From: an uncultured Coxiellaceae bacterium
GTDB taxonomy: Bacteria; Pseudomonadota; Gammaproteobacteria; Coxiellales; Coxiellaceae
DNA: 64,000 nucleotides
Direction of reading: 5' to 3'
NCBI GenBank assembly: GCA_963922495.1
Contig: CAWUIH010000001.1
Span: 53,268 to 117,267, forward strand
In this document: one piece after another, positions 26,498-36,245 of the stretch
Numbering within the stretch: position 1 is the stretch's first letter
Layout of the letters: each line of letters starts with the position of its first letter
The notes under the pieces: model-generated
Told to the model about the DNA's origin: nothing
The model's input: only the letters and a program-made list of their open reading frames with translations
Database searches by the model: none
Made by a program: the position numbers and the translations under genes

Positions 26498-27229
26498 ATG
26501 GTAGAAAATCCGCACATTTTGATTGTCGATGATGATCCACAGATTGGTGATTTAATCTCTGATTATCTGCAAAAACATAATTACCGTGTCACTGTGGCAC
26601 GCGATGGTCAGGAGATGTCTCGCACTATGAAATACAGCAATATTGATTTGGTAGTGCTGGATATCATGCTGCCTGGTGAAGACGGTTTGAGTTTATGTCG
26701 CGGCTTGCGCGATAGTTCAGAGGTGCCTATCATCATGCTCAGTGCTGCTGGTGATGAAGCGGATCGTGTGATTGGTTTGGAAGTTGGTGCGGATGATTAT
26801 TTGCCGAAGCCATTCAGCCCTCGTGAATTATTGGCTAGAATTAAGGCGTTGGTCAGACGTGCTCACGGACAACTAGGCGAGCAGCGCCGTTCGCGTCGGG
26901 TAGCAAAAATGCCGAATATTTATTTCCAGCAGTGGACGTTAGACCAAAATAAACGCCGTCTAATTGCCCCTGACCAAATTACGATCCCGCTTAGCGCTGG
27001 TGAATATGAATTGTTAGTAGCTTTTTTAGAGCATCCGCAGCGCACCCTGAATCGTGATCAATTACTGGATTTAACTCATGGTAGAGAGGCGTTGCCGTTT
27101 GATCGAACCATTGATGTCCAAGTTGCGCGGTTACGCAAGAAAATTGAAAAAGATCCAAAGAATCCGAAAATTATTATCACAGTGCGTGGCGGAGGTTATC
27201 GCTTTGAAGCGGAAGTCGATACAGACTAG
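26498..27229 (+). CDS. ompR: OmpR-family response regulator
   Basis: Collinear with E. coli OmpR. Matching blocks include ILIVDDD, VLDIMLPGEDGLSLCR, GLEVGADDYLPKPFSPRELLARI, IDVQVARLRKKIE and RGGGYRF. Confidence 0.8.
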   Translation: MVENPHILIVDDDPQIGDLISDYLQKHNYRVTVARDGQEMSRTMKYSNIDLVVLDIMLPGEDGLSLCRGLRDSSEVPIIMLSAAGDEADRVIGLEVGADDYLPKPFSPRELLARIKALVRRAHGQLGEQRRSRRVAKMPNIYFQQWTLDQNKRRLIAPDQITIPLSAGEYELLVAFLEHPQRTLNRDQLLDLTHGREALPFDRTIDVQVARLRKKIEKDPKNPKIIITVRGGGYRFEAEVDTD

Positions 27230-27283
27230 TTCGTGATGCCTAACTGCACAAGTTGCGTTATAATCTAGCCATTTAGATGGTAT

Positions 27284-28582
27284 ATGGCAGTTATGTTTAG
27301 TGATTTTAGCATTTTTGAGAGTAAACGTACTACGCAATCATTTTGGATTCTTGTTGTTGGGTTCGTGTTGATCTTATTTGCGGCTACGTCAATGCTGAGC
27401 ATCTATCTCATCTATGGCAGCCCCAAAGTGTCTCAGTCGCAGATTGCATTGACCGTGGCCAGAGACGTCGCCATCGCACAAATTACTCCCGTGTCGCAAT
27501 TGCAGCCAGTGGTCGCTAATATGAACGCTTCAGGTGTAATGGTAACGATGGAACGTCATCCAGTGCCTAATTCACGCATCTTATTTCTCAACAGTCCAAA
27601 TAATGTGCGCCACTTTGTGTTAACCCACCCGACTGAAAACCACTTTAGTATCCAAGTCTCAAATGCGCGGTGGTTGAATTTTAACGTTTATCATCATTTG
27701 CGAGTTGTATGGTTGCGCACCGGCTTGATTGTTTGGTCACTGATTTTGCTGTTTGCGTTCGTATTTTTGGCAATATGGGTATTAAAACGAGGTGACTTGC
27801 CCATTCGTGCTTTTTCGCGTGCCACGGAGCGTTTTAGCGTTGACGTGCAGGCACCACCATTGCCTTTAATGGGACCGCCTGAGGTGCAAGAGGCGATTAA
27901 GGGTTTTAACGAAATGCAAAATCGTATTCGTCGCTTGTTAATGGATCGCACACAAATGCTTGCTGCAATTTCTCATGACTTGCGCACGCCAATCACGCGA
28001 CTGCAATTGCGTGCAGAGTATTTGAAAGACACTAATCAGTATGAAAAAGCGTTGGCGGATCTCAATGAAATGGAGCAAATGATTTCCTCCATCTTGTCTT
28101 TTGCGCGAGATTATGCACGTAATGAACCCATGGAACGATTCGATCTGGTTGCGTTGCTGCAAAGTGTTTGTGACGACTTAATTGATCTTGGCAAAAAAAT
28201 TAATTTAGAAATGACGTTTTCACGCCAAGCCTATCTTGGCAGAATCACTGCGATTAAACGAGCGCTCAATAATGTGATTGAAAATGCGATTAAGTACGGT
28301 AAAAAAGCTGATATCATTTTAATTAAGCAAAAAGGCGAAATCCATATCATCGTTTCTGACTATGGTCCAGGTATTCCCGACGATCAGTTTGAGAAAGTGT
28401 TTGAACCGTTTTATCGTGTCGATGTCGCGCGATCACTTCAAAAAAGTGGCACTGGTTTGGGCCTAGGCGTTGCGCGAGATATTATTCGCAGTCACGGTGG
28501 CGATATTCAATTGCAAAACCGCTCTCCGAAAGGTTTGGTGGTCACCATTATTTTTCCGGCAATGCAATCTTTTTCAGTGTAA
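27284..28582 (+). CDS. envZ: EnvZ-like sensor histidine kinase
   Basis: It has two TM segments, a HAMP region, an H-box (ISHDLRTPITRLQL) and an N-box (NVIENAIKYG). The G-boxes are DYGPGIP and GTGLGLGVARDI. Confidence 0.7.
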   Translation: MAVMFSDFSIFESKRTTQSFWILVVGFVLILFAATSMLSIYLIYGSPKVSQSQIALTVARDVAIAQITPVSQLQPVVANMNASGVMVTMERHPVPNSRILFLNSPNNVRHFVLTHPTENHFSIQVSNARWLNFNVYHHLRVVWLRTGLIVWSLILLFAFVFLAIWVLKRGDLPIRAFSRATERFSVDVQAPPLPLMGPPEVQEAIKGFNEMQNRIRRLLMDRTQMLAAISHDLRTPITRLQLRAEYLKDTNQYEKALADLNEMEQMISSILSFARDYARNEPMERFDLVALLQSVCDDLIDLGKKINLEMTFSRQAYLGRITAIKRALNNVIENAIKYGKKADIILIKQKGEIHIIVSDYGPGIPDDQFEKVFEPFYRVDVARSLQKSGTGLGLGVARDIIRSHGGDIQLQNRSPKGLVVTIIFPAMQSFSV

Positions 28583-28665
28583 ACTCGCACTTTATTGGGC
28601 GTTTTACGTTAAAATCAAAAATCATGAGTAAGCGGAGTCTCATTCGCGCCCTACAAACCCGGAAC

Positions 28666-28679
28666 TCGGATTTTCTAGG
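28666..28679. repeat. Solo terminal motif of the repeat family (degenerate)
   Basis: ctcggattttctagg lies just downstream of the envZ stop. The same ttttctagga ending occurs at 62771-62780. Confidence 0.3.
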
Positions 28680-28766
28680 ATAATAGATGAAGATTTACTT
28701 TGCGAATTATTTTATGTGATGGGCTGAGCATTGCAATAAACTAGCCGCAATCCTATTATCCACTTT

Positions 28767-30242
28767 ATGAGATGCAAACGTACCGACTTTTTACTAGACA
28801 ACCCTTCTTTGGCTCGTTCAGCGCAAGTTAACGTATCCAATATTCAATTCGATAGTCGTCGCGTACAATCTGGTGATTTGTTTTTAGCGTATCCTGGATT
28901 CAATAACGATGGTCGTTATTATATTAAGGATGCTATTGAGCGTGGTGCAGCAGCGGTTTTTTATGAATCAGAAAATTTTCAACCGCAGCTAGACACAAAA
29001 GTACCACTGATCCCTGTAGTCAAGTTGTGTCATCAAGTGGGGTTGATAGCGGCGCGTTTTTTTGACAATCCTTCGGCGTGCTGCGATGTGATCGGTATTA
29101 CCGGTACTAATGGAAAAACCAGTTGTTCACAATTTATTGCTCAGGCTTTAAGTAATGAGGGCAATAAATGTGCTGTAATCGGCACTTGTGGGATCGGATT
29201 TTTACCCACACTTCATGCCATTACGCATACCACACCGCAGGCTGTGGATTTGCAGAGAGCGTTGCATCAACTGAATATGGAAGATGCGCAAACGATTGCA
29301 ATGGAAGTTTCATCGCACGCGCTGGATCAACGACGTGTAGCAGGTATTCAATTTAATACAGCAGTGTTTACGCAATTATCACAAGATCATCTCGATTATC
29401 ATGGAACCATGGAAAATTATGCGAGAGCTAAAGAACGTCTGTTCGAATTTCCGCAATTATCGAATGCAGTGATCAATGCAGATGATTCTCTAGGTCAGAA
29501 ATTGATAAAAAAATATGTTAACCGGTTAAATATTCTCTCTTATTCACTGGGTAATCAGCCTGTGGTCGACGAGCCAGCAATTATTGTCACCAATATCATC
29601 GTGCAGCCTGGTGGATATTTAGTGGAGGTGGATACTCCGTTTGGTAACGGAGCATTTGCAACCTCATTATATGGAAGGTTTAACATTGCTAATTTATTGG
29701 CCGTATTAGGGGTATTGTTACATAAAAAGCTACCACTTGATCGTGCTTTGCGATGTTTAAGTAATTTGCAGCCGGTAGTTGGTCGAATGGAATCCATTGC
29801 TAATTCGCAGGGGATATCGGTTTTAGTGGATTATGCGCATACGCCAGATGCGCTTGAAAAAGCATTAATGGCATTGCGGGAACGCGCTTCGGCACAGCTT
29901 ATTTGTGTGTTCGGCTGTGGGGGTGATCGTGATCGCACTAAGCGTCCGCAAATGGCGAGAATTGTAGAACGTTATGCTGATAAATATATTTTAACTAATG
30001 ATAATCCACGTTCGGAAAATCCTGCAGATATTATCCAGCAAATTACAGCAGGATTTAAACAGCCTGAAAAAGCGATTATCAAATTAAATCGTGCCGATGC
30101 TATCCAATATGCCGTGCAAAATGCTTCCAAAAATGATATTGTTTTGATTGCGGGTAAAGGCCACGAAAAATTTCAAATTGTTGGTAATGAACGTCTTCCG
30201 TTTGATGATGTGCAACAGGTGAAAAAGGTATTTGAGCAATGA
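28767..30242 (+). CDS. murE: UDP-N-acetylmuramoyl-L-alanyl-D-glutamate--2,6-diaminopimelate ligase
   Basis: Has GITGTNGKTS, a Mur ligase middle domain, and the DNPR motif (LTNDNPRSENP) typical of meso-DAP-adding MurE. Confidence 0.9.
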   Translation: MRCKRTDFLLDNPSLARSAQVNVSNIQFDSRRVQSGDLFLAYPGFNNDGRYYIKDAIERGAAAVFYESENFQPQLDTKVPLIPVVKLCHQVGLIAARFFDNPSACCDVIGITGTNGKTSCSQFIAQALSNEGNKCAVIGTCGIGFLPTLHAITHTTPQAVDLQRALHQLNMEDAQTIAMEVSSHALDQRRVAGIQFNTAVFTQLSQDHLDYHGTMENYARAKERLFEFPQLSNAVINADDSLGQKLIKKYVNRLNILSYSLGNQPVVDEPAIIVTNIIVQPGGYLVEVDTPFGNGAFATSLYGRFNIANLLAVLGVLLHKKLPLDRALRCLSNLQPVVGRMESIANSQGISVLVDYAHTPDALEKALMALRERASAQLICVFGCGGDRDRTKRPQMARIVERYADKYILTNDNPRSENPADIIQQITAGFKQPEKAIIKLNRADAIQYAVQNASKNDIVLIAGKGHEKFQIVGNERLPFDDVQQVKKVFEQ

Positions 30243-31579
30243 AGCTGTCGAAATTAGCAGAAATATTAAATGGAAAATTACTCGGCAATGACTTGGATTA
30301 TTTTCATTTAAGTACAGATTCGCGAAACTTATCCCAAGGTGATTTATTTGTTGCCATCGTTGGTGAAAAATATAACGGTCATGATTTTTTGGGGTCGGCA
30401 AAAAAGAATGGTGCTATTGCTGCCGTAGTCAGTAAAGTACAATCCATTGATTTACCCCAAGTTCACGTCAAAGACACTACGATTGCTTTCGGTCAAATAG
30501 CTGCCCATCACCGCCAGGCTTTTCAACTACCGATGATTGCCGTCACCGGCAGTTGTGGTAAAACCACAACGCGAGCATTATTGAACCAAGTGTTCAGTCA
30601 GCAAGCCAATGTGCTGTCAAGTGAAAAGAGTTTTAACAATCATATTGGTGTACCGCTGACATTATTGCGTCTCAACGACAGCCATCGTTTTGGGATTTTT
30701 GAACTGGGTGCAAATCACATTGGTGAAATCGAATATTTGGCCGGATTAGTCAAGCCGGACATCGCTATCATTACCAATGCAGGTAAAGCTCATATTGAGG
30801 GTTTTGGTAGTCAAGGAGGCGTTGCTAAGGGGAAAGGCGAAATCTATCAATCTTTATCAGAATCTGGTACCGCAATTGTTAACAACGATGACGCGTATTC
30901 GGAGTATTGGAAAACGCTCATTGGGCACCGGCGCACGATTACTTTTGGTATCGCAGTGCAAGCTGATGTCATGGCAACTAATATTGAAATAGATCAGCAA
31001 GCAAAAACGCACTTTACATTGTCTATTCGCGATAAAGAAATTACGGTGGCGTTGCCATTGTTGGGGCAACACAACGTTTATAATGCATTGGCCGCTGCAG
31101 CTACAGCCTATGCCTGTGATTTACCGATGTTACTGATTAAGCAAGGTTTGGAGCAAGTCCTTCCGGTAAGTGGTCGCTTGGTGGAACAGCAAGGCTATGC
31201 GGGTATCTCAGTGATAGACGATAGCTACAATGCTAATCCAACTTCGGTGTCGGCCGCGATTGACGTTTTAGCACACCGCAGAGGTGAACGCTTTTTAGTG
31301 CTGGGTGATATGTTGGAGTTGGGTACAAATAGTCAACAGTTCCATTATCAAATTGGAGAATATGCGCAACAAGCTGGTATCACTCGTTTGTATTGTTTGG
31401 GTGATATGAGTCGGTATACTGTGGCGGGATTTGGAGAAAATGCTCATTTTTTTGCTTCTCACAAAGCGTTATTCGACAGTTTGAAAGAAGATTGTCATGA
31501 TCAAGCTACGGTATTGGTTAAAGGCTCTTTAGCGATGGAAATGAGTCAAATTGCTCAAGGATTAGTTGAGGAAAAATAA
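30239..31579 (+). CDS. murF: UDP-N-acetylmuramoyl-tripeptide--D-alanyl-D-alanine ligase
   Basis: Has AVTGSCGKTTT and DDSYNANP. Its start overlaps the murE stop (ATGA). The position is canonical. Confidence 0.9.
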   Translation: MKLSKLAEILNGKLLGNDLDYFHLSTDSRNLSQGDLFVAIVGEKYNGHDFLGSAKKNGAIAAVVSKVQSIDLPQVHVKDTTIAFGQIAAHHRQAFQLPMIAVTGSCGKTTTRALLNQVFSQQANVLSSEKSFNNHIGVPLTLLRLNDSHRFGIFELGANHIGEIEYLAGLVKPDIAIITNAGKAHIEGFGSQGGVAKGKGEIYQSLSESGTAIVNNDDAYSEYWKTLIGHRRTITFGIAVQADVMATNIEIDQQAKTHFTLSIRDKEITVALPLLGQHNVYNALAAAATAYACDLPMLLIKQGLEQVLPVSGRLVEQQGYAGISVIDDSYNANPTSVSAAIDVLAHRRGERFLVLGDMLELGTNSQQFHYQIGEYAQQAGITRLYCLGDMSRYTVAGFGENAHFFASHKALFDSLKEDCHDQATVLVKGSLAMEMSQIAQGLVEEK

Positions 31580-32665
31580 ATGCTATATTGGCTAGCGCAC
31601 CTTTTTAGTGATCGTTTTCACTTTTTACGTGTGTTTCAATATTTAACTTTTCGATCTATTTTGGGCGCCTTAACTGCGTTACTCATGGTATTTATATTTT
31701 CACCAAGGATGATTACCTATTTGCGTGATTTGCAAATCAGTCAAACAATACGTACTAACGGTCCCCAAACACATCTTAGGAAGAAAGGAACCCCTACAAT
31801 GGGTGGCGTATTGATTATTCTAGCTATTTCTATTAGTTTGGTGCTGTGGGGTGACCTTTCCGATCACTATATTTGGTGTGTTTTAGTGATTTTATTAGGG
31901 TTTGGATTCATTGGCTGGATTGATGATTATCGTAAAGTGATTAAAAGGGACAGTATTGGTTTGCCGGCGCGCTGGAAATTTACCTTACAATCTATCCTGG
32001 GGTTGGGAGTCGCTTGTTATTTATATTTTTCGGCGCTTCATCCAGTAGAAACCGAGCTGGTTATTCCTTTTCTTAAAAATATCGCCCCCAATTTAGGTTT
32101 ATTTTATATCGCGCTGGCTTATGTTGTCATTGTGGGTGGCAGTAACAGTGTGAATTTAACCGATGGTTTGGATGGTCTAGCGCTATTGCCAACGATTATG
32201 ATTGGTGGTGCACTGGGTATTTTTGCCTATATTGCTGGTAATCATTTATTCGCTGAATATCTAACCGTGCCATACATTCCTGGTGTCGGTGAATTAGTCG
32301 TGTTTTCTAGTGCACTTTCAGGAGCGGGTATTGCTTTTTTATGGTACAACACCTATCCGGCAGAGGTTTTTATGGGTGACGTTGGTTCATTGGGTTTGGG
32401 GGCAGCACTGGGTGTGATGGCGGTTATGATCCGCCAAGAATTAGTTTTCATGGTGATGGGTGGAATATTTGTCGTTGAAACTTTGTCAGTTATTTTACAG
32501 GTAGGTTATTTTAAATTAAGCGGCGGCAAGCGAATATTTTTAATGGCACCGTTGCATCATCATTTTGAATTAAAAGGTTGGCCTGAGCCGCGTATTATTG
32601 TGCGTTTTTGGACTATTACTTTTATTCTTGTGTTATGTGGTTTGGCAACACTGAAATTGCGTTAG
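31580..32665 (+). CDS. mraY: Phospho-N-acetylmuramoyl-pentapeptide transferase
   Basis: Has [29 protein letters not shown] and APLHHHFE. Confidence 0.95.
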   Translation: MLYWLAHLFSDRFHFLRVFQYLTFRSILGALTALLMVFIFSPRMITYLRDLQISQTIRTNGPQTHLRKKGTPTMGGVLIILAISISLVLWGDLSDHYIWCVLVILLGFGFIGWIDDYRKVIKRDSIGLPARWKFTLQSILGLGVACYLYFSALHPVETELVIPFLKNIAPNLGLFYIALAYVVIVGGSNSVNLTDGLDGLALLPTIMIGGALGIFAYIAGNHLFAEYLTVPYIPGVGELVVFSSALSGAGIAFLWYNTYPAEVFMGDVGSLGLGAALGVMAVMIRQELVFMVMGGIFVVETLSVILQVGYFKLSGGKRIFLMAPLHHHFELKGWPEPRIIVRFWTITFILVLCGLATLKLR

Positions 32666-32672
32666 GTGTATC

Positions 32673-34004
32673 ATGGTCACTGCCGGCCTAAAAGTTATTA
32701 TTGGATTGGGGAAAACAGGATTATCTTGCGCGCGTTTTTTTAGCAAGAACAATATTCCTTTTGCGGTTACAGATAGTAGAAAGTTACCGCCGTTTCTTGC
32801 CGACTTTAAACAACAATTTCCAGCCGCCAATTGTGATTTCGGTAGCATTTCCGAACAATTATTACAACAAGCTGAAGAAATTATTCTCAGCCCAGGAATT
32901 TCCCTTGCAGAACCTGCTGTAAAAAAACAGCTTGATAAAGGAAAATCTGTGGTGGGTGATATTGAAATCTTTAGTCGTTATTGTGATAAACCTATTATTG
33001 CGATCACGGGTACCAATGGGAAAACAACAGTCACCGTATTATTAGGTGAAATGCTCAAAAACGCCGGTTATAAGGTTGCAGTTTGTGGCAACGTTGGTGA
33101 GCCAGTTCTAGAGCGTTTGCATGATGAGAAAGTTGATATTTATATAGTAGAGCTTTCTAGTTTTCAATTAGAGGCAACGCATTCATTGCGTACTAAAGCT
33201 GCGAGTATTTTGAATATCAGTGAAGATCACTTAGATCGCCACGGCACTTTAGAGAATTACGTGTGCACGAAACAACGAATCTTTACCAACTGTGGTCAAG
33301 CAGTGATTAATCTTGATGATCCAATAACATGGCGAAACGTAACTTTTGATCGGCAACCGATTACATTTGGTCTTTCTGAAAGTGCTGATTATTCAATAGT
33401 GATAGAAAACCAAAAAAAATATTTGGCTAAAAATAATAGGCCCATTTTTTTAATGGATCAAATGAAGCTTAAAGGCCAACATCATGTTCTAAATGCTTTG
33501 GCTGCATTGGCATTAGCGCAAAGCGTCGCTGCTCCGCTGCAACCGCTGTTGGAAACACTCAAAACATTTGGGGGTGTCAAGCATCGGTGTCAGTGGGTAC
33601 GACAAATTGATAATGTTAATTACTATAATGACTCAAAAGCGACTAATGTTGGTGCCACGCTTGCTGCTTTGAAGACATTAGCGCCACAATCACCAAAAGG
33701 AATTATTCTTATAGCCGGTGGACAGGGAAAAGGAGCTGATTTTTCTGTGATGCAACCAATGATAAGCCGGGATGTTAAATATCTGATACTGATTGGTGAA
33801 GATGCTGATAAATTACGGCAGATTTTCAAAGAGAGTACTCAAATTACGCTTGCTAAAGATTTGCATCAAGCGATCTTAATTGCAAAAAATCACGCTCAAG
33901 CTGGAGATGTGGTACTACTATCACCAGCGTGCGCTAGTTTTGATATGTTTGAAAATTTTGAGCAACGTGGAGAGTACTTTGTAAAAGTCGTTAAAGGATT
34001 GTAA
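32673..34004 (+). CDS. murD: UDP-N-acetylmuramoylalanine--D-glutamate ligase
   Basis: Has GLGKTGLS, ITGTNGKTT, NISEDHLDRHG and SPACASFDMF. Confidence 0.9.
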   Translation: MVTAGLKVIIGLGKTGLSCARFFSKNNIPFAVTDSRKLPPFLADFKQQFPAANCDFGSISEQLLQQAEEIILSPGISLAEPAVKKQLDKGKSVVGDIEIFSRYCDKPIIAITGTNGKTTVTVLLGEMLKNAGYKVAVCGNVGEPVLERLHDEKVDIYIVELSSFQLEATHSLRTKAASILNISEDHLDRHGTLENYVCTKQRIFTNCGQAVINLDDPITWRNVTFDRQPITFGLSESADYSIVIENQKKYLAKNNRPIFLMDQMKLKGQHHVLNALAALALAQSVAAPLQPLLETLKTFGGVKHRCQWVRQIDNVNYYNDSKATNVGATLAALKTLAPQSPKGIILIAGGQGKGADFSVMQPMISRDVKYLILIGEDADKLRQIFKESTQITLAKDLHQAILIAKNHAQAGDVVLLSPACASFDMFENFEQRGEYFVKVVKGL

Positions 34005-35167
34005 TGACGTACCCAAAAAAACAATTATGGTTTTATGATCGCTGGATTTTGTTACCGACATTGGCATTATCAATTATTGGTTTGTTAATGGTCGCTTCAG
34101 CGTCTATGGTCATTTCAGATCGGCAATTCGGCTGCCCATTACATTTTTTTCTGCGACAAATGATTTATTTTTTTGTTGGTTTAATGACTGCTTGGTTAAT
34201 TACCCGAATTCCCATACGTGTTTGGATGAAGTGCAGTCCTATGTTATTGTTAGCTTGTATTTTTTTATTAATTGCCGTATTGATTCCAGGTATTGGAAAA
34301 ATTGTAAATGGTAGTCGCCGCTGGATTTACTGTGGTTTTTTTTCATTACAAGTCTCAGAGTTGGTCAAATTAGGTGCCATTCTCTATTTATCCAGTTACT
34401 TGCAGCGCCATGCTGAACAAGTGACACTGCAATTAAAGGGTTTTTTAAAACCAATGATGATTGCGGTGTTTCTGGCAGGATTATTATTATTACAACCCGA
34501 CTTTGGTGCAGCCAGTGTCATTATAATGACCTATTTGGCGTTATTGTTTATTGCCGGTGTGCGTATTTGGCCATTTTTTATTTTGCTATTACTGGTGATT
34601 GTTGCTATGAGCTTGTTAGCAGTATTGTCACCCTATCGCTTGCAACGGCTATTGACTTTTTTGCATCCTTGGATTAACCAATTCGGCTCCGGTTATCAAC
34701 TCACGCAATCATTAATCGCTTTTGGACGTGGGGGGATTTTCGGTGTAGGACTTGGCAATAGCATCCAAAAATTATTTTATTTGCCTGAAGCGCATACTGA
34801 TTTCTTGTTTGCAGTATTAGCAGAAGAACTGGGATTAATCGGAGCACTTTTTGTTATTGGATTATTCGTCGTACTTGTTGGTAGAATGTTTATTGTGGCT
34901 CGGGCCGCATTGAGACACCAGCAGTTGTTTGCTGCATATTATGCCTACGCGGTTGCAATGTGGATTAGTTTGCAGTTGTTGATCAACTTGGGTGTCAATA
35001 TTGGGTTGTTGCCAACGAAAGGATTAACCTTGCCTTTTATGAGCTATGGAGGTAGTAGCTTACTCGTTAATTGTATCGCTATCGGTATGATGTTACGAGT
35101 TTCTTTCGAAATCACCGTTGGAAGCGGTGCTTCAAAAAGTAAAAGAAATCACATAACACGGTATTAA
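34004..35167 (+). CDS. ftsW: Peptidoglycan glycosyltransferase / lipid II flippase-family protein FtsW
   Basis: SEDS family with SELVKL, QPDFG, YLPEAHTDFLFA and PFMSYGGSS. Position is canonical. Confidence 0.9.
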   Translation: MTYPKKQLWFYDRWILLPTLALSIIGLLMVASASMVISDRQFGCPLHFFLRQMIYFFVGLMTAWLITRIPIRVWMKCSPMLLLACIFLLIAVLIPGIGKIVNGSRRWIYCGFFSLQVSELVKLGAILYLSSYLQRHAEQVTLQLKGFLKPMMIAVFLAGLLLLQPDFGAASVIIMTYLALLFIAGVRIWPFFILLLLVIVAMSLLAVLSPYRLQRLLTFLHPWINQFGSGYQLTQSLIAFGRGGIFGVGLGNSIQKLFYLPEAHTDFLFAVLAEELGLIGALFVIGLFVVLVGRMFIVARAALRHQQLFAAYYAYAVAMWISLQLLINLGVNIGLLPTKGLTLPFMSYGGSSLLVNCIAIGMMLRVSFEITVGSGASKSKRNHITRY

Positions 35168-35168
35168 T

Positions 35169-36245
35169 ATGAAACGTATTTTGATTATGGCAGGTGGTAC
35201 AGGTGGACACATATTCCCCGCGTTGGTGGTAGCGCGTGCGTTGACACAAAACGGCATCGAGGTGGAATGGTTGGGTACGTCAGGTTTATTAGAACAAGAA
35301 ATAGTATCTCCCGAATTTAAATTGCATCCACTACAGATGAGAGGTTTACGTCGAAAGAGTGTGTTACAAAAACTTTGCATTCCCTGGCATTTACTGTGTT
35401 CTATTCTACGTAGTATGCGGATAATTTACCGCTTTAAACCCAATGTGATCATTGGTATGGGTGGCTATGTCGCGGCACCAGGTGGTATTGCAGCATGGCT
35501 TATGCGCGTGCCTCTGATTATTCATGAACAAAACTCAATCGCTGGATTTACAAATCGCTCATTGGCTAAAATTGCTTGTACTGTGTTGCAAGCATTTCCA
35601 AAAACGTTTCCTCAAAAACCCAATGTTAAAACCACTGGAAATCCAGTACGCCAAGAATTATTACAAGTACCGCAACCACGAGAACGGTTTGGAGGACGAA
35701 TGGGTCCATTGCGTATTTTAATTTTAGGTGGCAGCCAAGGCGCCAAAGCAATTAATGAAACCGTGTTAAGTATGTTACAAGGCTATGAACACTTGGAGCA
35801 ACTGGAAATCCAGCACCAAACGGGAAGGAATCACTTTGCAAGCGTTAACGCAGCCTATCGGCACTTGACAGTGGTAGCAAAAGTTTATCCTTTTATCGAT
35901 GACGTATTAAGTGCTTATTGCTGGGCAGATTTAGTAATATGCCGTGCGGGAGCGCTCACAGTCACGGAAATTGCAGCAGTCGGCGTAGCAAGTATTTTTG
36001 TGCCTTATCCGTATGCGGTTGATAATCACCAACTTCACAATAGCCGATTTTTAGAGCAAGTTGGTGCTGCTGTAATTGTGCCGCAACAGCAATTTACTCC
36101 TGAAAAATTGACGCATTTACTACAAGAGCTTTTAAATAATCGGGATCGCTTAGTGGCTATGGCTGAGTGTGCCAGAGAAATGGTTAGGCCCAACGCAACC
36201 GAGCAAGTGATTGCAGAATGTGAGAAGTATTATGATATTGGATAA
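35169..36245 (+). CDS. murG: UDP-N-acetylglucosamine--N-acetylmuramyl-(pentapeptide) pyrophosphoryl-undecaprenol N-acetylglucosamine transferase
   Basis: Has MAGGTGGHIFPAL, HEQNSIAG and RAGALTVTEIAAVG. Confidence 0.9.
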   Translation: MKRILIMAGGTGGHIFPALVVARALTQNGIEVEWLGTSGLLEQEIVSPEFKLHPLQMRGLRRKSVLQKLCIPWHLLCSILRSMRIIYRFKPNVIIGMGGYVAAPGGIAAWLMRVPLIIHEQNSIAGFTNRSLAKIACTVLQAFPKTFPQKPNVKTTGNPVRQELLQVPQPRERFGGRMGPLRILILGGSQGAKAINETVLSMLQGYEHLEQLEIQHQTGRNHFASVNAAYRHLTVVAKVYPFIDDVLSAYCWADLVICRAGALTVTEIAAVGVASIFVPYPYAVDNHQLHNSRFLEQVGAAVIVPQQQFTPEKLTHLLQELLNNRDRLVAMAECAREMVRPNATEQVIAECEKYYDIG

